NCBI GenBank assembly: GCA_020184695.1
Contig: JAANOX010000242.1
Span: 62,001 to 126,000, forward strand
Direction of reading: 5' to 3'
From: Histomonas meleagridis 2922-C6/04-290x
Taxonomy: Eukaryota > Protista > Parabasalia
Length of the DNA stretch: 64,000 nt
The notes under the pieces are model-generated. The model had not been told where the DNA came from and did no database searches. It was given only the letters and a program-made list of their open reading frames with translations. The translations under genes were made by a program, and so were the position numbers. This document shows positions 63,214 to 64,000 of the stretch, piece after piece; the first letter of the stretch is position 1, and every line of letters starts with the position of its first letter.

Positions 63214-64000
63214 ATGTCAGCAATTGGTATTGATCTTGGTACAACTTATAGTTGTGTCGGTGTCTTCAGGCACGGTCGTGTCGATATTATAGCAAATGAT
63301 ATGGGTAATCGTACAACACCATCTTATGTTGCATTCACCGAAGATGAACGTCTTGTTGGTGATGCTGCAAAGAACCAAGCAGCCATGAATCCAACAAATA
63401 CAGTATTTGATGCCAAGCGTATGATTGGCCGTAAGTTTAGTGATCCAGTTGTTCAAAAAGATATGCAACATTGGCCATTTAAGGTTGTTCGTGGCGATGC
63501 AGATCGTCCAAGGATTCAAGTTCAATGGAAGGGTGAAACCAAACAATTCTATCCAGAAGAAATCTCAGCTATGGTCTTAGGCAAAATGAAGGAAATCGCT
63601 GAAAGCCAACTTTCTAACAAAGTTACTGATGCTGTTGTTACAGTTCCAGCCTATTTCAACGATGGTCAACGTCAAGCCACAAAAGATGCAGGCGTTATTG
63701 CCGGATTAAATGTTCTTCGTATCATCAACGAACCAACAGCCGCTGCTATTGCATTTGGTCTTAACGAAAAATCTGATAACGAACGTCATGTTCTTATCTT
63801 CGATCTTGGCGGCGGTACATTTGATGTTTCGTTACTTGATATTGATGGCGGCATGTTCGAAGTTCGTGCCACAGCAGGCGATACACATCTTGGCGGTGAA
63901 GATTTTGATAATCGTATGGTTAATTACTTTGCAGATCGTTTCCAAAAGAAGTTCAAATGTGACTTAAGACAATCACCACGTGCACTCCGTACATTAAGAA
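63214..64000 (+). CDS. HSP70: Cytosolic-type Hsp70, 5' part; runs off the window (absent from the ORF track because it has no stop)
   Basis: [58 protein letters not shown]; no signal peptide; Inr TCATTT at 63201. Confidence 0.96.
   Translation, partial: MSAIGIDLGTTYSCVGVFRHGRVDIIANDMGNRTTPSYVAFTEDERLVGDAAKNQAAMNPTNTVFDAKRMIGRKFSDPVVQKDMQHWPFKVVRGDADRPRIQVQWKGETKQFYPEEISAMVLGKMKEIAESQLSNKVTDAVVTVPAYFNDGQRQATKDAGVIAGLNVLRIINEPTAAAIAFGLNEKSDNERHVLIFDLGGGTFDVSLLDIDGGMFEVRATAGDTHLGGEDFDNRMVNYFADRFQKKFKCDLRQSPRALRTLR

Noticed and set aside
63217-63967. Track ORFs 63217-63546 (-) and 63710-63967 (+)
   Set aside because: Antisense and off-frame shadows of the Hsp70 CDS; the other short ORFs overlapping long genes were dismissed for the same reason.

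Overview
AT-rich eukaryotic DNA from a parabasalid (trichomonad, Tritrichomonas-like). The assignment rests on compact, nearly intron-free genes, TCA(Y)(T/A) Inr motifs just before many ATGs, one trichomonad-type GTATGT...TCTAACACATAG intron, DUF3447-ankyrin, BspA-like and Pmp-like families, an arginine deiminase and Myb genes. The window holds about 35 intact protein genes (condensin H2, CWC22, CAMK and NDR kinases, NAA50, RPL32, TAF5-like, PPP phosphatase, WDR34, SPAG17-like, Pol theta-like, WASHC4, La, Hsp70 and others), one tRNA-Asp(GTC), two intergenic tandem arrays, a dead Tc1-like transposase and several pseudogenes. The standout is in the DUF3447-ankyrin genes. Every ankyrin repeat is a separate 99-nt module, cut at the same point by a roughly 71-nt, about 90% AT spacer that shifts the reading frame. 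There are 22 such spacers at 6 loci. They usually have a GT near the 5' end but no usable AG, so canonical splicing cannot remove them. The modules nevertheless stay almost all stop-free and vary mainly at ankyrin binding-surface positions. This points to an undescribed removal or bypass mechanism (non-canonical intron, -1 frameshift or DNA-level cassette assembly) acting on a modular binder library. Two of these loci form an inverted duplicate pair about 18 kb apart. All family calls are from motif recognition by eye; no searches were run.
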